DNA of 64,000 nucleotides, taken from contig NC_088860.1 of assembly GCF_963853765.1 (NCBI RefSeq), positions 29,760,001 to 29,824,000 on the forward strand, in the 5' to 3' direction. The stretch comes from Magallana gigas (lineage: Eukaryota). Shown here piece after piece: positions 62,901 to 64,000 of the stretch. The position numbers and the translations under genes were made by a program. Every line of letters begins with the position of its first letter. Within the stretch, counting starts at the first letter, position 1. The notes under the pieces are model-generated. The model saw only the letters and a program-made list of their open reading frames with translations. It was not told where the DNA came from and searched no databases.

Positions 62901-63342
62901 GCATGAATTAGAGACAATGATGCAAACTGCCTAGATGACCATGTCTAACTACTCATACAATTATTTCTTCCAATTCCTTTTTTTTTTTTATCCCCATAGG
63001 TGTTACATATAGTACACATAATCTCATTTCCGGTTACGTGAAGCTACTGTATGTACAACAAACCATGCAGACTTTTAAAAGGACTTGAAGAAAACTCCAA
63101 CGCAGTTAAAATAAACATTGAGAGCACATCATACATTTCTTAATTTACTTATATAAAATCTATGATAAATATATATGTATGAATCTGTATTTCCGACAAC
63201 CTGCCTTATATGACCTTCACTAGTCATTATGTTCACATGTACAATGGCTTAATCATTCTACATACCAGTAATAATATTTTCAACAACTCATTACTGTAGA
63301 ATGTATTTACCTCTCTTCCTTCCACAGTAATAAACTTGCATT
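53986..63342 (-). CDS. INPP5A: Type I inositol 1,4,5-trisphosphate 5-phosphatase, last 12 coding exons (5' part outside the window), CaaX isoform
   Basis: Exons 63342-63311, 62572-62501, 61735-61683, 60815-60752, 58250-58195, 57727-57643, 57112-57023, 55882-55805, 55606-55533, 55364-55253, 55020-54958, 54744-53986; all GT-AG with closing phases. Motifs KAKFPQDFFPE, KWSRKGFIRTRW, DLVNIHLFHDASN, FIFGDFNFRLD, ISFPPSYPF, TRCPSWCDRILMS, CMGDHKPV; C-terminus CPCSCVLL. Confidence 0.95.
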
Positions 63343-64000
63343 CTGGAAAAAAAATAAACAACTTCTATTATGTTTCACTAAAATCAATACATCTTCTTAC
63401 GGATTATGTGCTGTATTTTTCCAAATTTTTGCTGCATAACATACAACCGACTTTTAAATAATTCTGCATAAAACTTCCAATAAAACCTTTTTAATAAATG
63501 AGATTTAATAAGAATAAAATATATAATGTTCAGCGAGGAAAACAATTATGTAATTTTACTGGCATTTGGAGCCTATAAATAGCTTTTTAATGTCCACAAA
63601 AAATTAGCAACAGAAATAATACCATATGTTAATTTTCTCAGTCAACTTTATAATAAAAAACTCCTACATGAATTTTAAAACATTAAATTTTACACTAGTG
63701 TTTGTGAACTGTACCTGGTACATAATAGGATGCCAATTAAATATTGCAGCAATAGGTTTCAACTTTTTAACTTTACCAGTATTTTTACACTGGAAATTTT
63801 GTTAATATATGACATTGTATTTGTGTATTAACCAAAGTCAAATACTAATTTCAGACATTATAATCATAAAACAAGTAAATTTATTGTCCCCAACACACAT
63901 CCCTACCCACAAAATAGTCACTGGTTCTGTATTAGTATTAGATTTTTTATAACTTTTTTCAGTATTACAGTGTGGTCTGATTTAGGCTGGCTAGGTTTAA

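Noticed and set aside
63715-63789. 75-nt AG...GT segment as the next upstream INPP5A exon
   Set aside because: Phase 0 does not fit the phase-1 exon at 63342 and the peptide lacks the expected similarity; the true upstream exons are probably outside the window.

Overview
AT-rich animal genomic DNA with spliceosomal introns. The repeat families (Pearl/CvA-like Helentron derivatives, foldback MITEs, mariner) suggest a bivalve, probably an oyster; this is inference. Four protein-coding genes can be rebuilt with GT-AG junctions whose phases all close: (1) a 5-exon IFI44-like P-loop GTPase on + (CDS 3649-9176, 333 aa) with no TLDc domain in this model and a C-terminal transmembrane tail; (2) a convergent secreted amidase-type short PGRP on - (11436-10115, 196 aa); (3) the homeobox gene Nkx6 on + (24580-34513, 269 aa) in about 40 kb of non-coding DNA; (4) the 3' twelve coding exons of INPP5A on -, running off the window end and convergent with Nkx6 as in human NKX6-2/INPP5A. 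The most notable observation is that INPP5A appears able to encode alternative C-termini: a long tail ending in a CaaX box (CVLL), or, through an internal donor and a downstream exon, a short tail ending in a class I PDZ ligand (RETSV). A third, Cys-rich tail is possible but weaker. The rest is TEs, microsatellites, a 48-bp minisatellite and candidate enhancers. There is no CRISPR array, rRNA or convincing tRNA. All gene models were read by eye without transcript data.
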